Shown in pieces: positions 37,986 through 47,700 of a stretch of DNA of 49,300 nucleotides. This stretch comes from Desulfobacteraceae bacterium. Its GTDB lineage: Bacteria; Desulfobacterota; DSM-4660; Desulfatiglandales; Desulfatiglandaceae. A program made the position numbers and the translations under genes. Each line of letters starts with the position of its first letter. Position 1 is the first letter of the stretch. The DNA lies in the NCBI GenBank assembly GCA_030642205.1, contig DAOWOF010000001.1, positions 1 through 49,300 of the forward strand, given 5' to 3'. The notes under the pieces were generated by a model. The model was not told where the DNA came from, did not search any database, and saw only the letters and a program-made list of their open reading frames with translations.

Positions 37986-39182
37986 ATGAAAATACCAGAC
38001 AATAAACAGGTGGTTCCGGGATTTACAGCCTCAGCGCTGTCTATTGGTCTTAAAAAAGATAAAGCTTTGGACCTGGGCCTGATCTTTTCTGAACAGGAAG
38101 CTATAATAGCGGGGGTTTTTACAACCAACAAAGTTCAGGCTGCTCCAATCATTCTAACCAGGCAACACATCAAAAACCACAAGGGGCATGCGATTATTGT
38201 AAATGCCGGCAATGCCAATGCCTGCACAGGGGCACGGGGTCTTGATGATGCTTACAAGACCTCAAGTCTTGTAGCCAATTTGTTGAACATTCACCCTGAA
38301 GAGGTAATGGTAGCCTCCACCGGAGTTATTGGACAACCTCTTGATATGCCATTAATTGAAAATGCCCTCCCGGATTTGATAAAAAACCTGTCTAAAACGT
38401 CCATCCCAAGGGTAGCCAAGGCTATTTTAACTACAGATTCATTCTCCAAGCTGAGCGTCAGAAAAGGCTATATTGATGAAAAGCCTTACCAGATTACAGG
38501 GATAGCCAAGGGAGCGGGCATGATCATGCCCAATATGGCCACCATGCTCTGTTTTGTATTAACTGATATCCGTATTGAAAATGAACAAATTAATGCAGCA
38601 CTTCAGGCCGCAGTGGAAACAACCTTCAATCGAATCACAGTAGATGGTGATACCAGCACAAATGATATGGTACTAGTGATGGCTAATGGAATGGCCGAAA
38701 ACAGACTTCTTACAAAAGAGCATCTGGATAGTTTCACCAAATCATTAGAAGAAGTAATGGGTGAACTTGCCCAAATGATTATACAGGATGGGGAAGGAGC
38801 CACCAAAGTAATTCGGATTGAGGTGAAAGGCGCGCTGACACCTGCCGATGCCATCCAGGCTGCAAGAACAGTTGCCAATTCCAGCCTGGTTAAAACAGCC
38901 TTTTATGGCCAGGATCCCAATTGGGGCCGAATCATGGCTGCCTTGGGTCGTTCCGGGGTCACTATGGATGAAAGTACAGTAGATATCTGGATAGATGACA
39001 TCCGGATTGTTTTACATGGACTCGGTGTGGGACCAGAGGAGGAAAAAAAGGCTGCCGTCAGGATGGGTCAAAAAGAATTCTCCCTTTTAATCAAGCTTAA
39101 CCAAGGCCGTTTTCAGGAACAGATACTCACTTGCGACCTGACACATGAATATATAAATATCAATGCAGATTACCGAACGTGA
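37986..39182 (+). CDS. argJ: Bifunctional glutamate N-acetyltransferase / amino-acid acetyltransferase ArgJ
   Basis: 398 aa. Has the autoprocessing site context PNMATMLCFVLTD and the conserved ending EYININADYRT. Confidence 0.93.
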   Translation: MKIPDNKQVVPGFTASALSIGLKKDKALDLGLIFSEQEAIIAGVFTTNKVQAAPIILTRQHIKNHKGHAIIVNAGNANACTGARGLDDAYKTSSLVANLLNIHPEEVMVASTGVIGQPLDMPLIENALPDLIKNLSKTSIPRVAKAILTTDSFSKLSVRKGYIDEKPYQITGIAKGAGMIMPNMATMLCFVLTDIRIENEQINAALQAAVETTFNRITVDGDTSTNDMVLVMANGMAENRLLTKEHLDSFTKSLEEVMGELAQMIIQDGEGATKVIRIEVKGALTPADAIQAARTVANSSLVKTAFYGQDPNWGRIMAALGRSGVTMDESTVDIWIDDIRIVLHGLGVGPEEEKKAAVRMGQKEFSLLIKLNQGRFQEQILTCDLTHEYININADYRT

Positions 39183-39224
39183 TCCTTTTATATCTCGGAG
39201 CGGAGGCTTATAAAAAAAGTCACC

Positions 39225-39256
39225 TAAGGAGTTGTCCGTAAACAAGTTGGACAATT
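39225..39256. repeat. REP-like hairpin element, copy d (TAAGGAGTTGTCC-GTAAACAAGTT-GGACAATT)
   Basis: Same left arm and loop family as copies a and b. It lies between the convergent argJ and receiver-domain genes. Confidence 0.6.
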
Positions 39257-39842
39257 ATTTTCTTTTGTCCAGAAGTGCCCTGATAATTTCGGACAATTCC
39301 GGAAGTCCATATGGCTTCATAATAAAGGCAGAGATACCCATCTTCTCCGCTTCCTCTTTAGATATCACTTCGCTGAATCCAGTACATAGGACAATCAGAA
39401 TATCTGGTCTAATGGCCATGAGCTTTGTGGCTAATTGATCTCCTGTCAGATTAGGCATGGTCATATCAGTGATTACCAAATCAAAGTCTTTTGCCTGACT
39501 CCTAAACAGCTCAAGAGCCTTTAAACTATCAGTCTGAACAACAACATCATAGCCCAAATGCTCCAACATCTGTTTCCCCAGATCAACGAGACTCTCTTCA
39601 TCATCAATAAAGAGAATTCGTTCGTTGCCAATCTGTTGAAAACCTGGATTTTTCTTCACTTCTATTGTTTTCTTTTCTATACGAGGTAAATATACGTCAA
39701 ATGTGGAGTCTGCATCCTTCCGGCTTGATAGAATAATTTCTCCACCATGATTTTTTGCTATCTTTAGGCTAACAGCCAGCCCCAGCCCCGTTCCGCGGTT
39801 CTTGAATTTGGTTGTAAAATATGGGTCAAAGATTTTATCCAT
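39255..39842 (-). CDS. Remnant of a hybrid sensor kinase: last ~55 aa of HATPase_c (F and G2 boxes) plus an intact receiver domain
   Basis: MDKIFDPYFTTKFKNRGTGLGLAVSLKIAKNHGGEIILSS... is the C-terminal third of a histidine kinase ATPase domain. It is followed by REC (ILFIDDEESL...DLVITDMTMP...CTGFS...MKP). No HisKA, N or G1 box is present, and stops in the CDS frame and an AT-rich non-coding-looking sequence lie upstream. AGGAG lies 8 nt before the ATG. Confidence 0.75.
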   Translation of the reverse strand: MDKIFDPYFTTKFKNRGTGLGLAVSLKIAKNHGGEIILSSRKDADSTFDVYLPRIEKKTIEVKKNPGFQQIGNERILFIDDEESLVDLGKQMLEHLGYDVVVQTDSLKALELFRSQAKDFDLVITDMTMPNLTGDQLATKLMAIRPDILIVLCTGFSEVISKEEAEKMGISAFIMKPYGLPELSEIIRALLDKRK

Positions 39843-39944
39843 GGTGAATTCTCCTATTATAATATGGTGTTATATATAGAGGTATTCTATCATGGAACAT
39901 CCATTTAAATACATTTTAATTCATCAGGAAATCCTACAAATAAG

Positions 39945-39960
39945 CCATCAGCGCTGATGG
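39945..39960. other. Perfect 16-nt palindrome CCATCAGCGCTGATGG
   Basis: Abuts the tail of repeat copy 1 and is followed on the plus strand by GTTCTTTTTT. It could act as a terminator for queC (-) or be part of the repeat junction. CAGCGCTG recurs at 40012-40019 inside the repeat. Confidence 0.4.
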
Positions 39961-40041
39961 GTTCTTTTTTAACGATCTCTAAGTTCAAACAGTTTCAAAG
40001 TTTAATCAGACCAGCGCTGCGTGTCTGAAATAGCTGAATAG
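39959..40041 (-). repeat. ~80-nt intergenic element, copy 1 (subfamily A; orientation defined as CTATTCAG head to AAAGAACC tail)
   Basis: The reverse complement reads CTATTCAGCTATTTCAGACACGCAGCGCTGGTCTGATTAAACTTTGAAACTGTTTGAACTTAGAGATCGTTAAAAAAGAACC. Confidence 0.75.
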
Positions 40042-40071
40042 TTAAGAAAGAATAAAGGATAAAAATGGAAC

Positions 40072-40761
40072 TCACAAAAATATTGGGTCAGGAAAACCTG
40101 CTTCATGAAAGCCTTTTTTTCTCAAAAGGCAACTGTCACATTGACCGCAGGGCGTTCCATTTGGCAATGGGTCATAACAACTGTGGGTGAGGCCAAAATC
40201 AACTCCAAGATCTATACCTCTTTGGATTATCTCTGCTTTACTCATATTAATAAGCGGAGTCTGGATTTTTATTTTGGTTCGGCCTTCTACTCCTGTTTTA
40301 GTAGCAAGATTTGCCATCTTTTCAAAGGCCTCTATATATTCAGGACGGCAATCCGGATATCCGCTATAATCAACAGCATTAACTCCAATAAAGATTTCTG
40401 CTATCTCCAAAACTTCTGCCCAGGCAATGGCATAGGCAAGAAAAACTGTATTTCTTGCAGGCACATAGGTTTTAGGGATAGCAGCTTCCATTGCCTCAAG
40501 GGGCCGACCTTTTGGAACATCAATATCATCTGTAAGGGCTGATCCGCCAATCGAAGTTAAATCAGAATGAATGACCAATTGCTGTCTTGCGCCAAAGATT
40601 TGAGCAACCTTTTTGGCGGCCTTGATTTCTACCCGATGGCGTTGGCCATAATCAAAAGTCAGGCTATATATTTCATAACCTTCAGATTTAGCCATTGCCA
40701 TAACGGTTGTGGAATCAAGGCCGCCACTGGATAGTATAACAGCTTTTTTTTTGTCAGACAT
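40072..40761 (-). CDS. queC: 7-cyano-7-deazaguanine synthase QueC
   Basis: Has the PP-loop [11 protein letters not shown] and the C-terminal zinc cluster CYDP...[10 protein letters not shown]. Confidence 0.93.
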   Translation of the reverse strand: MSDKKKAVILSSGGLDSTTVMAMAKSEGYEIYSLTFDYGQRHRVEIKAAKKVAQIFGARQQLVIHSDLTSIGGSALTDDIDVPKGRPLEAMEAAIPKTYVPARNTVFLAYAIAWAEVLEIAEIFIGVNAVDYSGYPDCRPEYIEAFEKMANLATKTGVEGRTKIKIQTPLINMSKAEIIQRGIDLGVDFGLTHSCYDPLPNGTPCGQCDSCLLRKKGFHEAGFPDPIFL

Positions 40762-40780
40762 TTTATTGCTTTTAGGCCCC

Positions 40781-41425
40781 TTAAACTTTTGTATCCTGTC
40801 CCCAAATGATTTTATGAAGTTGAATATGGAGTTTCACTCTTAGATGGTCTTCTAAAATCCATTTGGCAAGTTTTTTATATTCAAGCTGACCAAAAACAGG
40901 AGAAAAGTGAACCTTGTTCCTTTGCAGTTCTGAAAATTGAGGTCTCTCAATGACTTCCTTTGCATACTCATAATCCTCTTTGTTTGAAAGAACAAACTTG
41001 ACCTCATCAAGAGAGGTGAGTCTTTTTAGATTTTTGAAGTTATTATGCCCAGCTTCATTGCTGGAAGGACATTTAATATCCACAACCTTGACACAACGAT
41101 CATCTACTAAATTGATGTCCTGACTGCCGTTGGTTTCAAGGAGAACCTGAAAGCCATTTTCAATAAGGCTTAAAATCAAATCAGGAGTGTTCTTTTGAAT
41201 TAAGGGTTCTCCTCCTGTCACTTCAACCAAAGGACATTTATACTGAGAAATTTCATCAATTATCCGGTTTATCTCCATTGCCTTTCCCGTATGGTAAGCA
41301 TACTGTGTATCACAGTAGGAACAGCGAAGATTACAACCTGTTAGTCTGATAAACACGCATGGCTGTCCAGCAAAGGATGATTCTCCCTGAAGGCTGTAAA
41401 ATATCTCATTAACTATTAATATCAT
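40781..41425 (-). CDS. queE: 7-carboxy-7-deazaguanine synthase QueE (radical SAM)
   Basis: N-terminus [34 protein letters not shown] carries the CxxxCxxC cluster. 214 aa. Confidence 0.9.
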   Translation of the reverse strand: MILIVNEIFYSLQGESSFAGQPCVFIRLTGCNLRCSYCDTQYAYHTGKAMEINRIIDEISQYKCPLVEVTGGEPLIQKNTPDLILSLIENGFQVLLETNGSQDINLVDDRCVKVVDIKCPSSNEAGHNNFKNLKRLTSLDEVKFVLSNKEDYEYAKEVIERPQFSELQRNKVHFSPVFGQLEYKKLAKWILEDHLRVKLHIQLHKIIWGQDTKV

Positions 41426-41491
41426 ATGGTTGTCTTAAAAAAGGGGAACTACCCGATAAATTCCAGTAAAAAAATACTAAATTATTTGTCA

Positions 41492-41580
41492 CTATTCAGC
41501 TATTTTAAGGATGCTTATTTCAGACACACAACACTAATCTGATTCAATCTTGAAACTGTTTGAATGTATCATTCTTTAGT
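41492..41580 (+). repeat. ~80-nt intergenic element, copy 2 (subfamily A with a 16-nt insertion, degenerate tail)
   Basis: CTATTCAGCTATTTTAAGGATGCTTATTTCAGACACACAACACTAATCTGATTCAATCTTGAAACTGTTTGAATG... shares the head, the CAGACAC segment and TTGAAACTGTTTGAA with copy 1, and CAACACTAATCTGATT with copies 3 and 4. Confidence 0.7.
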
Positions 41581-41606
41581 ATATCATTACATACTTATAT
41601 TTAACA

Positions 41607-41692
41607 GGTTCTTTCTTTATGTCCCCTTAGGTGAGGTTTTCATGGTTTAATCAGATTAGTGTTGCTGTGGATATTAGGAGTTATCCGAATAG
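41607..41692 (-). repeat. ~80-nt intergenic element, copy 3 (subfamily B)
   Basis: The reverse complement CTATTCGGATAACTCCTAATATCCACAGCAACACTAATCTGATTAAACCATGAAAACCTCACCTAAGGGGACATAAAGAAAGAACC is near-identical to copy 4. Confidence 0.8.
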
Positions 41693-41704
41693 TTACACAA
41701 AATT

Positions 41705-43009
41705 TTAAAATACTTCATAGGTGTTTTGCACCCGATTTTGCAGGTAAACATAATCAAAAGAATTTTTTAAGGCTTTAGAATACCATAAAGAACCCATTTT
41801 TTGACAAGCATCACATGCCCTGATGGGAATCCGGATTGCCATGGTGTGCAAACCTAAGCTGGATCTGGATTCAATAGAAAGGAGGCCGGCGCAGTCATGG
41901 CATGAACGGATCCTTTCATTCTGTGACTCCTGAATTCCGTCTGTGTCATAGTAGATCTCCTTGGTTCGGGAAATAATTTGTCCTGATTTAAGATAGGGCA
42001 TCTTGTGATCTTTTAAAAAACGGTCTTTTAAATCGCGTACTAAATCTTCGATATATCTTGTGATAGTCTCTGGTTGTTCTTGATAGTCACGGTCGTAATT
42101 TGGTTCTTTGACAAATGAAGTATCCAGCCCTGCCATGGCCAGGATGATGCCTAAATTTACATAAGGCAGGGCATTTTCAACCGCATAGCCTCCTTCAAGT
42201 ACTGCAAGATCCGGTCTTAGACGTGAAGTTAACGCGGCATATCCACGAGCTGAAAAGTTCATATTGGTGATCGGATCATTAAAGTGATTGTCCTGACCAG
42301 CTGAATTTATTATTAACTCGGGCTTGAATTTATCAAGGATAGGCATAACAAGTTCATCAAGGACAAATAAAAATCCTTTTTCTCCTGTCCTGGGAGGCAA
42401 GGGAATATTTACTGTTGAACCCCTGGCATTAGGACCGCCATCTTCATCCGGAAAACCGCTTCCGGGATATAGGGTAGAGCCATCCTGATGAATAGAAATA
42501 AATAAGGTATCGGGATCATGCCAATAAATATCCTGGGTGCCATCCCCATGATGGCAGTCTGTATCTACAATGGCGATCCTGTTGATCCCATATTTCTCCC
42601 TGATATATTCGATCATGACAGCCTCAATATTGATATTGCAAAATCCACGGTTGCCAAGGACTACTGTCCTGGCATGATGTCCTGGAGGGCGTACCAGGGC
42701 AAAAGCACTTTCAACTTCACCTGTAAGTACGGCATCAGCTGCTACCATGCATCCACCAGCAGAAATCAGATGGCTTTTTGTTGTGACTGCTTCTTCGTTG
42801 GGGATACAAAAATGAACCCTTCTGATATCTTCAAAGGTAGCTGGACGAACCCGATATTCCTCTATACCATCGATGTCAAGGATGCCTTCTTCCATTATCT
42901 GATCCTGGGTATAAAGAAGTCTTTCCTCCCTTTCCGGATGGGTAGGACTAATAGCCCAATCAAAGGCGGGGAAAAAGACAAGGCCTGTTCGGCGTGGCGC
43001 TTTTATCAT
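41705..43009 (-). CDS. Histone deacetylase-family (HDAC/acetylpolyamine amidohydrolase-like) enzyme with C-terminal 2xCxxC extension
   Basis: Has PPGHHA and DTDCHHGDGTQ zinc/active-site motifs. The extra ~100-aa tail contains CHDC...CDAC. The ATG directly abuts the upstream stop (TAAATG). Confidence 0.88.
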   Translation of the reverse strand: MIKAPRRTGLVFFPAFDWAISPTHPEREERLLYTQDQIMEEGILDIDGIEEYRVRPATFEDIRRVHFCIPNEEAVTTKSHLISAGGCMVAADAVLTGEVESAFALVRPPGHHARTVVLGNRGFCNINIEAVMIEYIREKYGINRIAIVDTDCHHGDGTQDIYWHDPDTLFISIHQDGSTLYPGSGFPDEDGGPNARGSTVNIPLPPRTGEKGFLFVLDELVMPILDKFKPELIINSAGQDNHFNDPITNMNFSARGYAALTSRLRPDLAVLEGGYAVENALPYVNLGIILAMAGLDTSFVKEPNYDRDYQEQPETITRYIEDLVRDLKDRFLKDHKMPYLKSGQIISRTKEIYYDTDGIQESQNERIRSCHDCAGLLSIESRSSLGLHTMAIRIPIRACDACQKMGSLWYSKALKNSFDYVYLQNRVQNTYEVF

Positions 43010-44677
43010 TTAAAAATTCCTCTTCCACTCTGGGAGCAAGCCTGGATTAATACATAATTTTAAGCGTATATTTTGGCCTACCCTAGAATAATTCCTGATC
43101 ATGTTAAAATTCTGCTTTTCAACAACCGAGAATTCAATCTCCTCGGGATCGGCGCCAAATTTGAGGGCTTGCTCACGAATAGTACTACTTGCAAGCCTGA
43201 CAGCATCGTCCATATCAAAGGCAGGATCTATTGCTTTACTAAAACACGCCTCTGGAATTATTACAGTGCCGCGCCGGGTATCGGCCTGAAGAGTAATTTC
43301 AGTTGTTACCCTGGCCAGAGCTGCTCCGATGGCATTAGCCATTTCGGCATGGGCCGGAACTTCATAGGGTAAATTCAGGGATTCTCCGATATATTTGGCA
43401 AGTTGGCTGGCTGGACCACCTATGATAACCAGCCTTTCAGGCTCTATTTTTTGTTCATAAAAAACTTCTTTTATAGTATAAACCGGTCTGGAATTGATGT
43501 AATTCACAAAGGATTTGACTGATTGAGCTATTGCATTTCCCATTTCCAGCATGACATGTTCCGCTGTTGATTTTGCATCTAAATCAATGCTTGCACCAAG
43601 TATTGACATGGCTTTAATCGCAGCGGTTTTTGACCCGATATTAAGCAGATCAAGGGTAATCATGGCATCAGTGGGCGTAGGAACTTTGCCCCCCAGGGCA
43701 ACAGGCCTTCCCTTTCTAAGCGGGCCTATCTTGAATATCCCATTTTTATTAACCTTGATTTCACTGTCTCCACCCAGGCCAATTGAATGTGTCATAAGAG
43801 AGCGTATAAGGGTATGAAAATTTCCCAGCCTGATACCAAAAGGGGTACGCAAGGGTACTCCATCCACAATCACCGCCATATCAGTAGTTGTCCCTCCAAT
43901 ATCAAGCGCCAGGGTTGTCCCCTTGCACTTATCAAGGGCCAGCGCCCCCATAACACTGGCAGCTGGTCCTGACTGAGCAGTTCTGGCGGGAAATAGATTG
44001 CTTTTTGACAATTCCACTGTCCCCCCGTCCGGCTTTAAGATGAATTTTGGCGCATGGCAGCCTTTTTCGTCAAGGATTTTGGTTAAGGCAGCTGTAAATT
44101 CATTATGCATTTTAGAAAGAGCCGCATTCAGGTAAGTGGTTGTAATTCGGCGTGGAAAATTAAGGGATCCTGAGACTGAATGACCCAGGAATATATGTTG
44201 AAATTCTTTTGTTACCCATTTCTTGATTTGAATTTCATGGATGGGATTATGGACAGAAAATTTACTGACGATACCAATGGTTTTGATCCCTTTGTTTTTG
44301 ATTTGTCCGGCAGCAAAAAGGATGTCCTTCTTATTAAGAGGCCATGTTTCAATCCCTTGATGATCAAGACTGCCTTCAACCAAAGAGTAAGCTGGCCCCA
44401 CAGCAAAAAGGTGAGGGTCAATACCTGGGCCTGCAGAGATAATCATTCCAGTTTCAACCAGCTGATTTTGTATAATGGCATTGGTAGCCATGGTGGTTGA
44501 AAAGACCAGTCGTTCTATTTGAAAGGGATCGACATCGGATATAGCTTGATTTATAGCTGTTTTTAAGGTCTGAACAAGATTAGATTCTGTTGGAATTTTA
44601 TTTACAGCAAGGATTTCATTATTATCAATCAGCACAGTATCAGTGTGAGTGCCGCCTACATCAAGTCCAAGAATCAT
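43010..44677 (-). CDS. Hydantoinase A/oxoprolinase-family ATPase-like protein
   Basis: MILGLDVGGTHTDTVLI N-terminus, with a second phosphate motif LALDIGGTTTDMAV (ASKHA fold duplicated as in HyuA). 555 aa. No HyuB partner is nearby. Confidence 0.85.
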   Translation of the reverse strand: MILGLDVGGTHTDTVLIDNNEILAVNKIPTESNLVQTLKTAINQAISDVDPFQIERLVFSTTMATNAIIQNQLVETGMIISAGPGIDPHLFAVGPAYSLVEGSLDHQGIETWPLNKKDILFAAGQIKNKGIKTIGIVSKFSVHNPIHEIQIKKWVTKEFQHIFLGHSVSGSLNFPRRITTTYLNAALSKMHNEFTAALTKILDEKGCHAPKFILKPDGGTVELSKSNLFPARTAQSGPAASVMGALALDKCKGTTLALDIGGTTTDMAVIVDGVPLRTPFGIRLGNFHTLIRSLMTHSIGLGGDSEIKVNKNGIFKIGPLRKGRPVALGGKVPTPTDAMITLDLLNIGSKTAAIKAMSILGASIDLDAKSTAEHVMLEMGNAIAQSVKSFVNYINSRPVYTIKEVFYEQKIEPERLVIIGGPASQLAKYIGESLNLPYEVPAHAEMANAIGAALARVTTEITLQADTRRGTVIIPEACFSKAIDPAFDMDDAVRLASSTIREQALKFGADPEEIEFSVVEKQNFNMIRNYSRVGQNIRLKLCINPGLLPEWKRNF

Positions 44678-44726
44678 AGTGCCCTCTTTTATTAAGGCTT
44701 GCAGTAACTTATTTCGGGCTCGTCCC

Positions 44727-47700
44727 TTAGTATCTTAACATCCAAAAAATAACCATGAGCAATAAAAAAACAAGAATTATCCCCAGGACAGGATTAATAT
44801 AACCTTGTATTGAGTATAATTTATTCTGATTGTATCCATATTTATTTACAGTCGAATATTTTGTTTCTCCTGCTTTATTTTTTACTATACTTGCTTTTTT
44901 ATAGAGCGTATTGGCTGTTGCCTCATGTGGATAAACCCTGCCCTGATCTTTGAGACCCTTAGCCATTTTATCTACTATTGTGATTAGAACTGAATCCGAA
45001 TCGCTTCCTCCATTTGCATCCGCGACTGATAGCTGTACTATATAATTTCCAGGAAGATCTACAAATAAAGTGGGGTGAATACTTTCGCATTCAGCAAGAA
45101 AAGGGTTACTTCCAGGAGGAAAGGAGAGAAGACTCCATATAAAATATAATGGGTCTCCATCTGCATCTTTAGATCCATTACCATCAATTTGTACACTGTT
45201 CACCATGGTATATGTCTTATCAGGCCCCGCATCAGCCTTCGGAGGTGAATTCTGGGTGCTGATTATAACTTCAACAATATCGCTATCAATCAAGCCGTTA
45301 TTTATAACTAGCTGGACTATATAGGTTCCGGGCATATCCACTTCAAAAGAAGGATTAACCACTGAAGGATTTGATATCTTTGCCTTGCTTCCGGATGGTC
45401 GGGATTTAAAAGACCAGATATAGTTCAAGGGATCTCCAGATGTGTTTTTTGACCCGCTTCCATCTAATCGAACAAGATCTTTTACAAATACGATTTGATC
45501 CGCGCCGGCATCCGCAACAGGAGCCAAAGGGTTCTTTTCCTGGAGAGAGGTCACATTAAATACTACTTCAGATGGAATACTGTTTTGTGTCCCGTTATTG
45601 ACTATTAGTTGAAATATATATTTACCAGGGGTATCAGTCTTGAATTCTGGCCTGCTGGTATTAGTATCAAGGAGTTCCATATTTCCGTAAGCATTTGAGA
45701 TTAATGACCATTGGTAGCTCAGTTGTTTTTTATTTGAATCATAGGAACTGCTTCCATTGAGACGGACTGATTCCATGACTGATATCGTACGATCTGATCC
45801 AGCGTCTGCTATTGGCGCTATGCTACTACCTATTGCCTGAACCACGGTAATGCTTATCTTGTCAGGCTTGCTCTTTTCAATTCCATCTTCAACAATAAGC
45901 TCTATTTCATATTTCCCCTGGGTGTCCGCGATAAAATAAGGTCTGATGGTTTTAGGATTATTAATTATTGCCCTGCTGCCTGTTGGGGCGGATATTAAGC
46001 GCCAGCTATAACTAAGGGAATCATTATCCTTATCCATTGATCTATTGCCATTAAGAAGAACCCGATCGCCCAGTGAGACATTTTGATCATTTCCGGCAAT
46101 CGCAACCGGGATATTATTTAAAACATTAATAAGAACCGTATCAGGGGGACTATCCTCAATATTATCATTTACAATAAGTTGGGCGACATAAGTTCCATGT
46201 GAATCAATTCTAAAACCTGGTCTGGCAATATAAGTATTTGAGAATTCGACCCTGCTGCCTGTTGGCATTGAACTGAAAAACCAATTATATGACAAGAGAT
46301 CTCCATCAGGATCCCTGGATCTGGTTCCGTCTAAAATAATGTCATCGCCAATGCAGGCAGTAATATCATTTCCTGCATTGGCGACAGGCCTGCTATTTTC
46401 GGTGGTTACGATAGTCGTGACAGGGTCGCTATCCACAAAACCATCATTAACGATTAACTGAACCACGTAGATTCCATGAGCGTCCACTTCAAAGCTGGGC
46501 CTTAATGCCTTCTGATCCGAAAGAATTGCCCCACTGTCAAGAGGAATGGAGGTAAAAGACCAACTGTAGGTTATAAGATCTTTATCATTGTCTTTAGATA
46601 AACTTCCATCCAGAATAACTGTGTCCCAAAGAAAAGTGGATTGATCACTGCCAGCATCTGCTACAGGTTTGGTGTTTCTAGTGGTTATAACAACTGTGAC
46701 AGGATCGCTATCCACAAAACCATCGTTGACAATAAGCTGGATTAGATAGGTTCCATGGGCATCCACTTCAAGGTTTGTCATAACAGCCTCTTCTTCATCC
46801 AGGATTGCGTTGCTATCATGGGGAGACGAGATCAATGACCATTTAAAGCTAAGCAAATCTCCATCAACATCAGTCGATGAACTGCCATCCAGCATAATTT
46901 TATCCCAGAGAAAGGCTGTCTGATCATCACCAGCATTGGCGATAGGCGCACTGTTTTCAGTAGTAATGATAACAGTCTCCGGATAACTGTCTATAAGCCC
47001 ATCATTAACAATTAGCTGTGCGATATAGGTCCCTTTCACATCCATAAAAAATACAGGCTTAACACTACCTGGATCATCCAGTTGGGCATCGCTGCCATCG
47101 GGTATTGAAATTAAGGACCAGTCAAAATTTAACAAATCTCCATCAATATCGGTTGAACTACTGCCATCCAATGTAACTGTATCCAGCAAATAAAAACCTT
47201 GATCAGAGCCAGGATTTGCCACAGGTCTTGAATTTGCCGTTGTGATGACAACGGCCATAGGATCGCTGTTTTCAATCCCGTCATTGGTAATTAACATGGC
47301 GATATATTTACCATAGACATCCACAGTGAAACGAGGATTAATTGTATCTGATTCTGAAAGCAGGGCCTTACTGCCAGGAGGAATTGAGATCAGGCTCCAA
47401 TCATAGAGGAGAGGATCACCGTCAATATCGCTTGAGTTACTGCCATCAAGAGTGACCAGATCCATTAAGTAAACACTTTGATCAGGCCCTGCATCTGCCA
47501 CAGGCTTGCTGTTAGTTGTATCGATCGTAACTTTATCAGGGAGACTTGCAGAAAAAGCATCTTTTACAATAAGCTGGACCACATATTCACCATAAACATC
47601 CACATAAAAAGTGGGGTTAACAGCGCTTTGATCAGAGATTCGGGTATTACTATTGGCAGGTAATTCAATAAAAGACCAAGAATAGCTCAGGGGATCACCG

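Noticed and set aside
41426-41491. Possible preQ1 riboswitch in the queE leader
   Set aside because: The leader (…CGGGUAGUUCCCCUUUUUUAAGACAACC-AUG) lacks the A-rich tail and conserved loop of preQ1-I, and has nothing resembling preQ1-II or preQ1-III. The neighbouring repeat also occurs next to unrelated genes.
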